From NCBI GenBank assembly GCA_030324005.1, contig JARDVH010000025.1, positions 74,538,336-74,602,335 on the forward strand: a DNA stretch of 64,000 nucleotides, in the 5' to 3' direction. Every line of letters starts with the position of its first letter. Positions within the stretch are counted from its first letter, which is position 1. The position numbers and the translations under genes are program-made. This DNA is from Negaprion brevirostris. Lineage: Eukaryota. This document shows positions 12,691-26,254 of this stretch, in pieces. The notes below the pieces were generated by a model. The model was not told the origin of the DNA and ran no database searches. It saw only the letters and a program-made list of their open reading frames with translations.

Positions 12691-13750
12691 ACACATCAGC
12701 TACCATCTGCTGATTCATACTTTCAGATACATACTTTTAGTTGTATGGAAAATAGACGGTGGGTCTTCAAAGCATGTGTTCTGTATGATAGTACCCCCAC
12801 CATGTATTCAAATGACATTAAGCCTGGCTTTGCATTTTACTTTAATTTAAATTTTACTTTAACTGTTCAGCCCAGGCTTCCAGCCCTCTCAACTTCTGGC
12901 AATGCTGTTTCTGGTCTAAGCTCAGTGGTAAACTAGTGGGACAAAATATTTTTACAAGTGTTAAATAGATACCTCATGGCAAAGTCAACACCCAATATTG
13001 CAGTGCACAGAAGAATTTGTTGCCGGATGTTGATTACAATATGTTAATTCAACATTAAATTAATATATGCTCAGGGTCAAAAAATGGGAGATGCAGTAGG
13101 TCACGTTTCTTTGAGGAGTATTCCTGTTAGCCGAACAGAAGGAGACAGCTTTTAACCTTACCTGCCAGTGTACATCAGAAAGACTGTTAAAATTTCACGG
13201 ATAACTTACTTGCCAGAAAACCACCTAGATTTGGATATTCTGGTTGAGAAATAGACCCTTCCAATGAAGTTGTCATGGCCTTACTGTACTGCACAGCTGG
13301 TAAGAAACTAAAAGGAGTCAGTAGTTTATGCCAGGCTTAAATTTTTGGTTGAAGGAGTAGGTCACCCCCTCCAAGTGGTCTTATATGGAGACTTCCAGTC
13401 TGTCTGCCTTCTAGGTTTGAGGGGGCTCACCTGGGGTGGGGTGGGGGAGATGGAATGAGTTGTTCCTTATGAATTGTGCTCTGTTCTTGGTGTCTATCAT
13501 GCAAAAGTGTATGCAGAAAACTACATCTGGCATCAGTGAGATAGTCCTGGCCCTTCTCTCTGTCTGGGTCATTCTTTCTTCATCCAGGGTGGGGTGTTAA
13601 TATAGACTCTGACTCATCATAGTTAATCATATAGGGTTTCCCCTGTCTTGTCAGAAGGCGGAGATACCCTGTTAATGGATTTCTTGATGATTCTTCTTTT
13701 CCTTGTTCGTGGGGTTTCCTTGATGGAAAATGGTTTAAGTTTTCCACGAT

Positions 13751-13911
13751 TGGGGAGCCTGATCAGTGCCTCAGATATGGCTGGAGAGGAGGGATTTTTC
13801 CAGGAATGGGGAGCCTGATCAGTGCCTCAGATATGGCTGGAGAGGAGGGAGTTTTCCAGGAATGGGGAGCCTGATCAGTGCCTCAGATATGGCTAGAGAG
13901 GAGGGAGTTTT
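13751..13911. repeat. Tandem minisatellite, 56-bp unit, about 2.9 copies
   Basis: tggggagcctgatcagtgcctcagatatggctggagaggaggga(t/g)ttttccaggaa starting at 13751, 13807 and 13863. Confidence 0.95.
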
Positions 13912-15417
13912 GTTGTTTATTGATCCTTGGCAAGGTATACACATACTTTGGCTTACTCGTCTGTGAGAGCCTACATTGACATGCTACATCCTGTACCAAC
14001 AGTGGTATCATGGTTTTCCCATTTTCCAAGCTATCTTTTCATTGCTTAGTGGTCCTGGGATATTGAATTAGGCCCTGATTGTTCCTGTATATCCCATAGG
14101 AGATCCCATATGTCTCTGGTATCCAGGGGGGACACTGGGGCCATGTATCCTGTTATTCAGAGATTCCCCACTCTTTTTTGCATCCTTTCTTTATCATCAA
14201 CTACAACGATTGCAAAAATTGGAATCATTTGTATTAATATCCACTTGTCCTTTCTCTATGTTTATGTAGTACAATGGTCACTTTGTATTATATTTTGGGA
14301 ATTTGTTGTGCTTTGTGGCAAATGGAAAATGTCTACTAGAAATACTCTTAAGAACAAAAGGATGGCATTGACTTGAACTTCGATAAAACAGTTGACTTTT
14401 GCCATGTTTAGTTTAATTATTGTGGTCATATAGGCAAGGCTTCATGTTTGGGCTTTCCTCAGTTGGCTTCTTGCACAGGTAGGAATGCAAACAGTAATAG
14501 CTTCCCAAGCTTATAAATAGCAGCAAACCTGCAATTAGCTTTGAAAAGAGGTGGTTAGGGTGTGCGTCTAATTTTGGAATCAGCACATCATGATATATTT
14601 TGAACTTTTTTGGCATGAAAATTTAGCGAAATTGAAAGCAAAATCCCTGAAGCTATATTTACAAAGGAAGCTTTTTCTGGGTTAATGCCCTGTCATTCTG
14701 GGTTACCTTGGTGCAGTGAATATCAACAAACAGGACACATTCCATTAAAGATAACCCCTTTGAGTTTTCCTCCCATTTAATTTATTTGCATAGTTGTCCT
14801 ACTATGAATTGTACTTTGTATAATCCCATCAAACAAGGTGATAATTTCAATTAAGGTATTTAGTTTATGAATCTTATTAGGATTATGTACTGAAAATTAT
14901 GTAAGGGCAATGACTTTTACATTAAAGCAAAATCTTGGGTGTTCATGTTTCATAAATGCCTGTTTTAATTCCCTTAATGTTTTTTCTGATTGCAATAGTA
15001 CTGAGGCAGAGTGAGGAGACACCAAATATTAACACATTATGCTGAATGTTTTCAAACCCCGTTTATGACTTACTGTTGCTCAGTTCAGTGACTAGCTTGG
15101 CCATGATGGATGGACTATGACCAGCCTTGTGGAGTCAGCTTTGGAGGCAGTGGCATTGAGAAATTTTCAAAATCAGGCTTCAGGTTGGCTTCCTGACATG
15201 TTTGCTGACATTGCACATTTTTGACAGAGGTTAGTTTAAAGCAGCAGAGGATACCTGCATGGCAGTGGCAGGAAGTCAATTATGGCTTCATCTTGGGCCA
15301 AGTTTCAGATGTTGATTATATTTTCGTGCTTTTGGATGGGTCCCCTGCTAAGCCCAACGGCCTTTAGCAATTTAGAGGTGGCCTCATAATGGTGGACCAG
15401 ATGGTCGCTAATGTCTC

Positions 15418-15829
15418 CTCATTGAATGAGCCGCAAGAATGTAAAGGTCATAGCTATGATCATAATCGTTCCTGATGAAGGTTTTCTCCACCACACCATT
15501 GGCTCTAAGAGCTGTAGGTCTTCCTTATTTTTTATAAGTTTTTAAAAGTTTTAAAAGTGGTGGAGAAAACCTTCATCAGGAATGATTATAAATCATTATT
15601 AGCTATGACCTTTACATTCTTGCAGCTCATTCAATGAGCCACACTCTAGCCAGAGTGCCAGGTGAGAGAGCACCTGGGGGCCAGGTAAGGGAGCACCTGG
15701 GTGCCTCAGAATAGTGTTCTCAGAAGCCTGGTAAACTTTTAAAAAATAGGGAAGGCCTACAGCTCTTAGAGCCAATGCTGTGGTGGAGAAAACCTTCAGC
15801 AGGAATGATTATGGTCGTAGCTATGACCT
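15418..15829. repeat. Three-arm inverted repeat
   Basis: 15418-15494 is the reverse complement of 15557-15638. 15445-15541 is the reverse complement of 15733-15829. Confidence 0.9.
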
Positions 15830-16119
15830 GGCTAAGTGACATCCACCTCTCCTCATGGGACTGTCATTTGTCCTGTGCTGTGTACTCCTATTGGGCCTCC
15901 CATCTCAGGAACCCATGTGACATCCTTAATTGGATGGCAAACCTGTAGATGACTTCTTAATTTGTCATGCCCCATTGGTTGAACCAGAGAATATACTGCA
16001 GAAGTAATTGGCCCTCCACCTGAAAATCTTTAATGTTGATAAAATTCTGCTGATGTGACCCATCTATTGCCATATTACAAACCTGACCCTACCATGTGAT
16101 TTATGTGCTAATTCACAAA

Positions 16120-16328
16120 ACGTTGCCAAAGTCCCAGAGGACCTTTGGTTGTTTCTCTCCCTTTTTGAGAGAGAGAGCTGACTGGTGGTGATTTAACCTG
16201 AGCGTCACCACATCTCAGGCAAGGGCAAGGTTGAGGAGGCAGGGCCTTAATGGATAACTTCAGCTGGTATGGGAATTGAATCTGCAATGTTGGCATTGCT
16301 GTGCATCACAAACCAGCTGTCCAGCTAA
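16120..16328 (-). mobile_element. tRNA-derived SINE
   Basis: Reverse B box gggaattgaatc at about 16271. Body gagagctgactggtggtgatttaacctgagcgtcaccacatctcaggcaagg resembles a recalled shark SINE family. Confidence 0.65.
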
Positions 16329-18199
16329 AAATTAAGCCCCTAATGAGCTGACGGTCATTTTGTGGGATCTGCATGTAAATCAGCCAATTAAAGGGTTGGA
16401 AAGGAAAGTCAAGACAATTTTTCTAATGTTAGACACATCATTGAAACATTTTGCTTCCCAGCTTCTTACTGTACGTAAATGATTCAACCATTATCTGTAT
16501 CCAGTGTAGATTTATGAGATCACCACGATGAAATTAGCAAGTAAGTTCAACCAAGCTCAAGTGCCTTTCTGTTTCGATTTTGAAGGACAATCAGATTTAC
16601 TGAGACAGATGATTTGTGACTGAATTACCCATCGATGTCAACATCAATTTTTAAAATTCCCTGACTTCTCAACTATCCATTTCTCCCACTCCTTTAAAGC
16701 AAGAGTTTAGTTATTTTCAAAAGGCATCTAAAGCAATCAAACCCTGAATTTCGCACAGCTTAATATTGCCTCAATTTGATCTGTCTGATTAGCTCAAATT
16801 TCTGACCCAGACTTTGTCAGTACACAAAAAAAAAGGTGCTCTGTTATTTCTGATGTAGCATCACAAGCAAAGGACACTGATACTCCAAATCCAAGGTCAT
16901 GTAATCAGTACACCTGAGGTAAAGCTGATGAACATGTTTGTTGAACACACACTGTTTTTGCTTGAATCAGCCAAAAAGGTACATTAAAAGACATGAATAT
17001 GGAATGCAATTAAATAGCTCACTAAAGTGGTCCTTACAGATTGTCAGCGGTGCAATTGAAAAAAATTAATTAGAACTATAGGCATTTTGTTAGCTACAAA
17101 GTTACTTTTCTCCCTTACCTTTCTTTGCTGTTATTTACATTCTGTACTTTATATGTTTCTTTTTACCTTGTTTTTGGCTTTCGGCTTCATTCCTCCATTA
17201 TTTTGTTTGTCATTTTCTTAACCCTTCTGTTTTGGTATTTAAGATTATTATTTTGTTGCCTTGATTAAGGGAGTGGGATAGCAGAGAGTGTGGGGGAGCA
17301 GGCTTTAATTATCAGGTGCTCACACGGTGAAGCCTTCCGTTGTGTGCTGGAGCGGACGAGTGAAGGAGCAGAGAGACAGATAAGAAATTACCTGTTAAAA
17401 ACCTGTTTAAATAAGTTTAAAGCACTTTTGTNNNNNNNNNNNNNNNNNNNNNNNNNNNNNNNNNNNNNNNNNNNNNNNNNNNNNNNNNNNNNNNNNNNNN
17501 NNNNNNNNNNNNNNNNNNNNNNNNNNNNNNNTCTTGTGTTCTTGTGATTTTGTGTTGCTTATGAATCTGATGAAACAGGAGTTTGCATTTAGAATGGCGA
17601 TTGAGCCATTTAGCCTGAGATGCAGATTTCCTGGTGATATCTGCAGTTACCTTGGTGATGACTGTAGTCTACAGTGACAGTTTGTGGGAACTATCAAGGT
17701 TCCATAACAAGTACATTGACTGTTGGAGTAAGAGAAGCTTTGGATGAGATGGGAGAAAAGAAAATCTGTAGAATGGTTTGGGAAAGTGTATGACTGTTGA
17801 AAGAAATATCAACACTCAGGCAGGTAAGAAAGAGGTTCAGCTGCAGAGACAGAATAAAATATCACCAGTGGGGACTTGGTGTAAGTCAGAAGCTGGAAGT
17901 AGAAAAGCACAAAAGCGTTGAGATACAGGATCCTCTGAGGGAAGAACTACTACCTATAATTGTTACTTGGAATTTACCCCTTGGCAATGGCAGGGACATT
18001 CGGCACAGCCTTGGCCAGGTTAGTGGAGTGGACTTAGGCAAAAAGCAAGCTGCATTGCTCATTGGAGAATAAAAGAATTTGACCTGTGTTAATAGCTTCA
18101 TTGATTCGGGAAGTAGTCATGTAATTTCCATGGATAAATCAAAAGACTAGATACATAATGGAGGCAGAGATCACATGATTTCCACACACCTTTCATAAA

Positions 18200-19950
18200 A
18201 TAAGTATCTATGTGGAAGGCCGTTCAGCCCACTAGTGACATCCTGCACCAGTCCCACTTCCTGTAGTATCCAGTTGTCTTTGAAATTATTCCAGATGTTT
18301 TCTCCTCCATTCCACAAATTGAACACACTTCGGTGAGCAACGATCTCCTGCCAGAAGTTATCTATTGTTAGTTTCAATATGTGTCTGATATTTCTACTTA
18401 GACAATTGAATATAAAGTAATATTCAGCATTGACTCTATTAAGGCTATTAACAATCTTTTAAATATCTGTTGGATTATCTCTCAGTCACCTCTTTTCTTG
18501 GCTGAAAATCCAGCTTTTCTTCAGCATTCAGGCACTGGGGATTAGTCTGGTCACTCGTCTCTGCATTACCTGCAGCATTTGAATATCTCTGCTATTTCTC
18601 CGTAGTCCAAGTTAGATGTAATATTCAAGCTGTGGTCTATCCAGCTACAAATTATAACATTTGATCATTACCTCCTCTGACTTTTACTCTGCTGTTTTGG
18701 CTGTGACTCAACATCGGCTTTGTTAAGTGCTGCTCGCTATTGGTTGGACAAATTTGGCATAGAATCTGCTGGGACTCATCGGACTGTGAGCCAGATGCAC
18801 ACCATTGGTGAAACAATTGTTTATTTTTCTTTCCTGTGTATAGCACGTTACACTTTTCTCATTAAATTTCATCTGCTATTGTTCTGTCAATTTGGATATT
18901 TTATCCCAACTCATTCTGCCTCCTCTAGTTCCATTGTTTCTCCTGGCTTGGTTTCAGCTGCAAGCTGGAATGAGTTTCTAACTCTAGACCATTTGTATGG
19001 TTTAGAAATAGTAATAGTCCCAGCTCTAAGTCCCAGGGCACTGTAGTTACTATTCCTTCTGTCCCAATGTAACTCCTCTAAAGAGTATTTATTCATTGTT
19101 GGTTATCCATCGTACATTCCCAGAATTTACTGTGAATCGCCATACTTTCAGTTTAGTTAACAGCTTTTCATGATGTCAACCCAACCATAAAGATAAACCT
19201 CTCCCTCCTTGGACCACTAACATTTTGAATGTATTAAAAGTTACTTGGTTGTCTTTTTTTGTAGCTTTCAATTTCATTGAACCCTTTTTTGAAGTTCAGG
19301 AGCCTAACTCATTGGGACTGTAATTGTTTGCTTGGATTGTCAGTTCCTCGAAGAAATCAAGGTGCTGGTTAATCAGGGTTTTTCACCTTTTCAATCCAGG
19401 CTAACTGCTATTAACTTGGTTATTGTTATGACGATCATCCTCAAGTTTATTCCCAAAAACCAATGCATCACTCTGTTGAACTTTTAGTTTTTTTTTATAT
19501 TCATCCCATTGGAATACTTTCACTGCCTTGCAGCTGGATTGGCACAGGATAAGTTACTTCTTAGCTCACTTTTACTATGTTTGTGAATCCTTCGAGCATC
19601 ATCTTTACCCGCTCTGGAGTTTTAGTTTTGAGGATGTATTTGTCCTGAATGTTGAACATTGCAACTGGGAATTCCCCTCACGGGTCTCCAAGCTAATAAC
19701 TTCCCTGAGAGGTCAGAAACTCTGTTTCCAGATCTAGCCAAGCTTTCTGTCAATCTATTGCTGGAGTTGTCCATTGGGAAAACCCCTAATGCTTCAAAGC
19801 AAATTCCCAGTGCGTATCTTTACAGTCATTCCATTAGCTTTTTACTGAGTGTTGTTCAACAACCTACCTGGTTTATTTTTATTTGCCCCCTTCATTTTCC
19901 TGAATTATAAAGTTATGTCGTTGACTTCTTCAGTATTTCTGATTACCAGG
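18200..19950 (-). mobile_element. Long, old CR1-type LINE remnant
   Basis: CR1-like 3' tail near 18200-18260 (ggccgttcagcccact) and scattered RT-region motifs (aattaaatttcatctgc, ttggtttcagctgcaa). No intact ORF. Confidence 0.55.
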
Positions 19951-20689
19951 GCAGGTTAAATTATGACTTTATGGGTGCCACAATTTCTATATTTTGTACA
20001 TTTTCAGAGTTACTGAACTCATTAACTAATATCAGATCAAGTTGAGCATTGCCTCTTGTAACATCCTCGATGCACTGGATCACAAAAAAAGCAGACATCC
20101 AACCCAAAGCAGGATTTCTTTGGGTGGTGGGGTTTTACAAAGTCAGTGGGGAATGTATCGCCACCAGTGTGGACAGTCTAGGGAATATTATTGTGCTGGA
20201 AGTGGGACTTCCACCCTTCACACAGGCCTATCTGATTGGATCGGGGGGCTTGCAGTGGAGACAGGAATAAGGACTCTGCAGGTTGGGGGGAGGGGAAGAA
20301 CACCTGAATGGGACATATTTTGGAGGGTGTGAGTAAGACAATCAAGAATGTGGCCCCAAGGTCAAAGCAGACTAACCTGCAGGGCTTCCCCTGTCCCTGA
20401 TCTCCTCCCACCGACCTCAAAATTGTGGGCTGGGGGGGAGGGGTGGAAACAACCTTTAGGTGCCCAATAATTGGTCATTTAAGAGCCCTAATTGGGGCAA
20501 GTATGGGCCCCAAACCTCACTTGTATTCCTTTAAAATTTCTGGCAGGTGAGGACGGGTGGGACCACACTGGAAATGCCACTCAGAGAATTTTACTGGGCC
20601 CCCCGCTTGTAAACCCACCAGCAAAGGCCCATAGCATTGATTCTAATTCACTGAGATTTTTTCAAGTTTTTATCAGGTTTATTAGTAAC

Positions 20690-20850
20690 ATTTTAAGAGG
20701 CATCTGGATGGGTACATGAATAGGGAGGGAATAGAGGGATACAGACCAAGAAAGGGCAGCAGGGTTTTTTTTTAGTTTAGATGGGTATCATGATTGGCAT
20801 GAGAATGGAGGGCCAAAGGGTCTGTTCCTGTGCAGTATTTTCTTTGCTCT
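20690..20850 (+). mobile_element. CR1/HER1-type LINE 3' end
   Basis: ttttaagaggcatctggatgggtacatgaataggg...ggagggccaaagggtctgttcctgtgc. Confidence 0.75.
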
Positions 20851-21029
20851 TTGTTCTCTTCGACTGAAGTCACCCAGTAAAATTACTTTCCTGGTCATGC
20901 ACACTGTTTTATCCTCAAAAGAGCAAATTGCCTCAATCTGTCAGAGGTGAGACATCCTGAATAGGTTAATCTGATGTCCAGGGGAAAATCTGAAATTAAT
21001 TATTTAGATTGAAAAGCACTGGCTACTAT

Positions 21030-21240
21030 AAGTTCAAGCAGGATGAGTGTATGGAGTCTTGATGTGAACAAAAACCTATCATTGAAGACCTCAGCTGGAA
21101 TATCATCGGGGCCACTGGCTTTGTTGTTTTTCATCTGTTTGATTGTTGCAGTTCTTCCATCAATGGTGGATTCCACCACAGGGCCTTTGGGAATAATCTG
21201 AGGAGTATCACTTGCCACTGTGGGTCCACAGTTGAGGAGT
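21030..21240 (-). mobile_element. RTE-like LINE ORF2 fragment
   Basis: Minus-strand translation IKQMKNNKASGPDDIPAEVF resembles the KAxGPDGIPAE motif upstream of the RT domain. Confidence 0.6.
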
Positions 21241-22139
21241 TGGTTTAACAGGTGCAGACACAATGGGCTGAAGGGCCTCTTTTTGTGCTGTAAAACCCTA
21301 TGACTCGTTGTTGGAAATGTTCTTTCTAGCATCGGCAGATAGCATTGTTATCCTTAGGAGAGACACCACCCTGTGAGGAAGAAGTATTTTCCCATTTGAC
21401 CTTGGTCTAAATAGCCCAGTGGTTTCAAAAAAAGCCACGCCCCATTTTCCAGTTTATGTTTTAGCCGAGTATTCTAGGAGAGGAAAAAGAAAACGCGTTA
21501 ATGACCAAGAGGAGTTTGCTAACAGTTGTTCAAAATGACAACAACTTGTCCATTAAGGTGCATCAGGTAGAGCAACTGGAAAAGTGGAAAAAAAGAAAGG
21601 GAAACCTACACTCCAAACCCCACTATCTCATGGGACATGTTGGCCCATGTGTCCAAAAATCTGTGGGTCGAGAATCCACCCGTTCCATTTCCTGAAGACC
21701 CATTATACAAACTTAGTAAATCTGAAAAGATGACAGGTGGGATTCTCTGGCCGCATGCACCCCAAGACCAAAGAGTCCTACCTTACCTCAACAGACCTAT
21801 AAGTGGTCTGCAGAATTTTCTGTCTCGCCTGGTAGAATTCCTGTGGCGAGAGAGACGGGAGATTTTCAGCCAACATATTTGAGGGACAGTCGATAAATTT
21901 AAACAACAGAATTTGTTTTTGGATTGTGTTTAATGCTTGTAATTGTTTTGAGAAGATATCTATACTTGTGAGCTTGACCTTTTTGAGGGAACTAGAATGA
22001 GCTGACAGAACTTCTAATGTTAATCTATCCTTAACTTAAAAAGAGCAAAGTCAATGTAAAAGCCACTGAGACTTCCTGTGCTGAGGGTATTCCTTTGTTC
22101 CATTTCCATGAATCTGCTGCATCTCCACCTGAGAAATTG

Positions 22140-22695
22140 TTTTTAATTTGTTTGGGATGTAAACATTATCGCAAGGCCAGCATTTATTGCCCATCCCTAA
22201 TTGTCCTTGAAAAGTTGGTAGTAAGTCACTTTCTTAAACCATTGCAAGTCCATGTGGTCTAGATAGACTACGGTGCTGTTGGCGAGGGACTTCTATGATT
22301 TTGACTTTGGATGGTAAAAGAAAGTTGACATAGTTCCAAGACACGATAATGAGTGATGTGAAGGGGAAATTGCAGTTAGTGGTGTTCCCATGCATCTGTT
22401 GCCCTGTTCCTTCTGGGTGGTAGAAGTCAAAGGTTTGGGAGTTACTGTCGAAGGAGCCTTGGTGAGTTGCCACAGTACAACTTGTAGATGGTGCACACTG
22501 CTGCCACTGCATGTTATTGGTGCTGGACAGGGTGAATGTTGAATGTGGTGGATTGGATGCTGAATAAGCAGGCTGACTTGTTTTGGATGATGTCAAGCCT
22601 CTTGAGTGTTGTTGGAGCTGCACTCATCCAGGCAGGTGGAGAGTATTTCATTATCCTCCTGACTTGGGTGTGGTTGATAGTGGACAAGCTCTGAG
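22140..22695 (-). mobile_element. LINE 3' end (L2/CR1-group family, same as 57040-57630)
   Basis: ggccagcatttattgcccatccctaattg tail and gtgttgttggagctgcactcatccaggcaggtggagagtatt. Reverse complement of the 57040-57630 copy. Confidence 0.85.
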
Positions 22696-23239
22696 GAATC
22701 TAACATCTTACTTGAATGATGGCATCATCATTTGTATGGCTAGATGCCCTTCTGGCTCATGATTAACCTTTTGCTGAACCATCCATTGGAAAACAGACAG
22801 AAAACAGGAGCTTAGCAGTGAGCTTGAGAGACCTGAAGCTACCCTCTTGGTTGTTGGCAGCAAGAGCATTTGGCTGCTGCTGCCCTTGCACCCTTCCATA
22901 TGCTCTGCACCATGGGTGTTTTGGCAGATTTATGCAGTCATTCTTCTGCTGCAACATTCAGATACTAAATGCCAAGTGAGACAGAAGGCTGGGAAGCCTC
23001 CCAACCGAGAATATGTGGGGGAATTCCAGGGCATTTGTGGGACCCAGAAGCCCAGACCTTCTGGTCTCTGGTTGTTGTACCCTGGAGATAGCCCAGAAAA
23101 TGCACAGGGGCTGGTCCCCATGCACTGTCTACTTGAGATTGGTCAGGAAGTTTCAACTCCTGTTGGACAATTCCCTTGCATCTGGAAGCCTTCAAAACTC
23201 TGAATTAGAGTGATGGTTCCAAATCATTGAACAGAAAAG

Positions 23240-23770
23240 TTCGAAGGATTAAAACCCTTGTAATTTCTGTGTAATATATGACTGACCGTCCAATTTCCCA
23301 TTGGACCCCATTCGACTACTCCCTCATTTACTGAACCAACAACTGCCCCAACCCGCCCGTGGTCACTGCAGCCCGCCAACCACCTGATTTCTCACCATTC
23401 CAACTAATCCTCATCTATCCAGCCTGGACTACCCACCCCTTTGCCACCTGTCTACCCCCCACACTCTGAGTACTCCTCCACTCCCAATGAGTCCAACGGC
23501 AATCACCCAACTACCCACCCCATCACTACCTGATTATTGCCCGACTGACCACCTGATCATTCAACTATCCCCAGCCCCCAGCTAACCACAACATCCCAAC
23601 CATCTGGTTGCCGCCCCTAATATAGCCCCACAGTTCACCCCAGTCCCTTGACCACCCTCCTGACCCCAATTATCCCCATCCCCCTGACTGAAACCCACCC
23701 TGACTACCACCCATTCCTAACCACCCCCCCTGTTACCAACCACCACCCTGACCCCACCTCTGCAACCCAA
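23240..23770. repeat. C-rich low-complexity tract of degenerate ctgac/taccaccc units
   Basis: Strong C/A skew with recurring ccaccc, ctgacc and ctaccc motifs. Confidence 0.7.
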
Positions 23771-26254
23771 TAAGTGGCCTTATCTTTGACTATTTCCCAG
23801 ATGAATCATTCTGAACTTTAAGAATGGCTTTGGACCATCATTTCAATGTCTTGCTGAAATAGCGACTTAGCCGTAGCCTCTCGTCCCACCTATTGTATCG
23901 TTAAGATGAGTGAAGCATCTTTCAGCCAGAAAGAAATTTGGTAGTGAGCAACTTATAAAGTAATTTATAATCCATTTGAAAAATCCACTAGATTAAGACT
24001 TTATGTCGCCTCCTAGTTTGGGAGTTCCTTGAATAATTCAGAACCTTAAAATTTATTGTTAATCAATTATGATTTTCATGAGCCATACTCATGTCTGAAA
24101 GTAAAATGCAGACAGATTAAGACAGAGGCAAATACCAAGTGCAGTTTAGGTAAGGATGGGAGAGAAAAACCTATAACTGACCTGTAAAAACTCATGGCAA
24201 TGACCTTAAAAAGTGTGAGGGTCTGAAGTTTGTGGCACTTCGCTCCAGTGTGTCAGCTACTGGTTTCAGACTGTGAAATACATGAAGACAATGCACAATG
24301 GGGGAGCTTTTCCTGGATCTCTGTCCAAGTGCGACAAAACCCCTCAGCACCACAATTAACAGAGAGCTGCATATGCTGCCAACATGGTGCAGGCGCAGTT
24401 GTGCTGTTTCATTCCGTGACAACGGAGATCAGAATTCATATCACTGATACTTAGATGATGAAAAGAATAATGAATATTGTGTGTTCTTAAATTAAAACAA
24501 TAGTTGTCATCCATCTGGCAAATCTCTATGTAATTCCATCATTTTCTAGATATTAAAGCATTGATGTACTTTCATATGGAACAATTCAAAAACATATGCA
24601 GATCAGCTTGAAAGCCTTCAGGCGTTGAATATAAAAGCTTAAAATTCTGCATATCACTATAGGTTATTTGTAAAATTCATACATAATCAGATGATAAAGA
24701 ATTTAATGTAATGCGGAGACATATAAAAGCANNNNNNNNNNNNNNNNNNNNNNNNNNNNNNNNNNNNNNNNNNNNNNNNNNNNNNNNNNNNNNNNNNNNN
24801 NNNNNNNNNNNNNNNNNNNNNNNNNNNNNNNGCGGAGACATATAAAAGCAGCATCTATAAATACAGGATTTTAGTGATTTGAATGCAATTGTAATGTTTG
24901 TATCCAAATTATTTAACTTACAAACCCCCACAGAAGTTTTTATTGAAAAGACAAGGTTTGAAGGCACTTTGACTCCAGCCAAAGACATCATTGATTTTCA
25001 TAGTGTATCAGCAGCCATGTTATATGGCCATCTTGCATTGCAGGAGACACTGTTATTGGAGAAAAACAGGAGCAGGTCATTGCAAAGGAAGCCACCTGAT
25101 TCTCCCTCCATTTCAGTTAATAGAAAGAAAGTGAAGTGAACTGTTTTATGTGGGTGTGCATTTTTTGATGTTCACTGCACCTAACTGATCCAGTTATCCT
25201 GAATGCAGACGCAAAAAATCTCCCCCTACTGCTCCAGTAAATCAAGTATTTATATAATAAAATTCTTCACTCCTTCAAGAAAATTAGTTACTTGGCATTT
25301 ATCCAGAGGGACTAAGGCCAATCTTCTGATTGCTGAGCTGACTCTCATTCGTGTGGAATGTGTACGCATAGGCAAAGATCGTTGCACGATCTTTGAATTA
25401 CCTGATTTACTCCGAGCCTCTTTTTTTCCCTTCAGGACATTAGTTCAATCTTAAAATATTCTTGCATGAAATGTGCTAGAGCTTAATTAAGGGCTTGGAA
25501 ATAATATGGATATGGATAAAGCCCTCCGTGGTAAGGTTTTCTGTTTTCCTTTCCTGGAATTCTCTGTGAGTTGAAGTAACCTGTGCGGATTGGGTGATGA
25601 ACGAGAGGTCCTCTCTGGCCTTCAGAAGATGACTTATTCTGGATGTGCTGGGACTTTTTATCCCAAGATTTACACTGCTGTTGTTTTGCTCTGTGTTTTA
25701 GTCTGTCACCCAATTTAATCACTCCTGGATTTCTGATGTATGCAATTTTGGAATTTCTGAGAGTCAAATTTTAGAATGTAGATTTCTGGCATTGGAGGTA
25801 AAGATGAAATATGAGGACCTGAGGAGAGATCAGAGACAGCTGTTTCACACCTGAGGTGATAGTCCTACCAAATATAGCTTTGTCTGCATATCCAGGAACA
25901 GCTACCTGGAATGCCTGAGAAAATCAACCATTGCAGTTGCCAATTCACCAGGGAAGCAGTGACAGTAATATGTTACATCTTTACACCTCAGCTACAGACA
26001 AGATTATCCACAAGGACAGTTCTACCAGTGGATGTAAAGGTAACTGTGGCTGTGATTTTAATGCCTTCAGTTCATTCCAAGCTAGCGTAGGGACTGTATG
26101 TCTAATGAATCATGGTGCATACAATAGAGCTGATAGCTGTGTTGTCCATCAGAGCTAACTCATTACTGTTCTCTCACATAAAGCAAGCAACAGCGTGAAA
26201 GGGACTGCATTTTTTTTCTGATGCCAGTATTCCACAAATTGTATTTTTTTCTTT

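Noticed and set aside
13751-13911. CRISPR-like repeat array
   Set aside because: Units are head-to-tail with no unique spacers, and the DNA is vertebrate with no cas genes.
15471-15500. CTGATGA as a hammerhead core inside the three-arm repeat
   Set aside because: No stem II followed by GAAA, and no cleavage triplet context.
17270-18130. Possible CR1 5' UTR/ORF1 remnant
   Set aside because: Too decayed and gap-interrupted to support a call by eye.
24713-24850. 19-bp direct repeat gcggagacatataaaagca on both sides of a 100-N gap
   Set aside because: Most likely an unmerged contig overlap (assembly artefact). A similar aggtgcc overlap occurs at the 29891-29990 gap.
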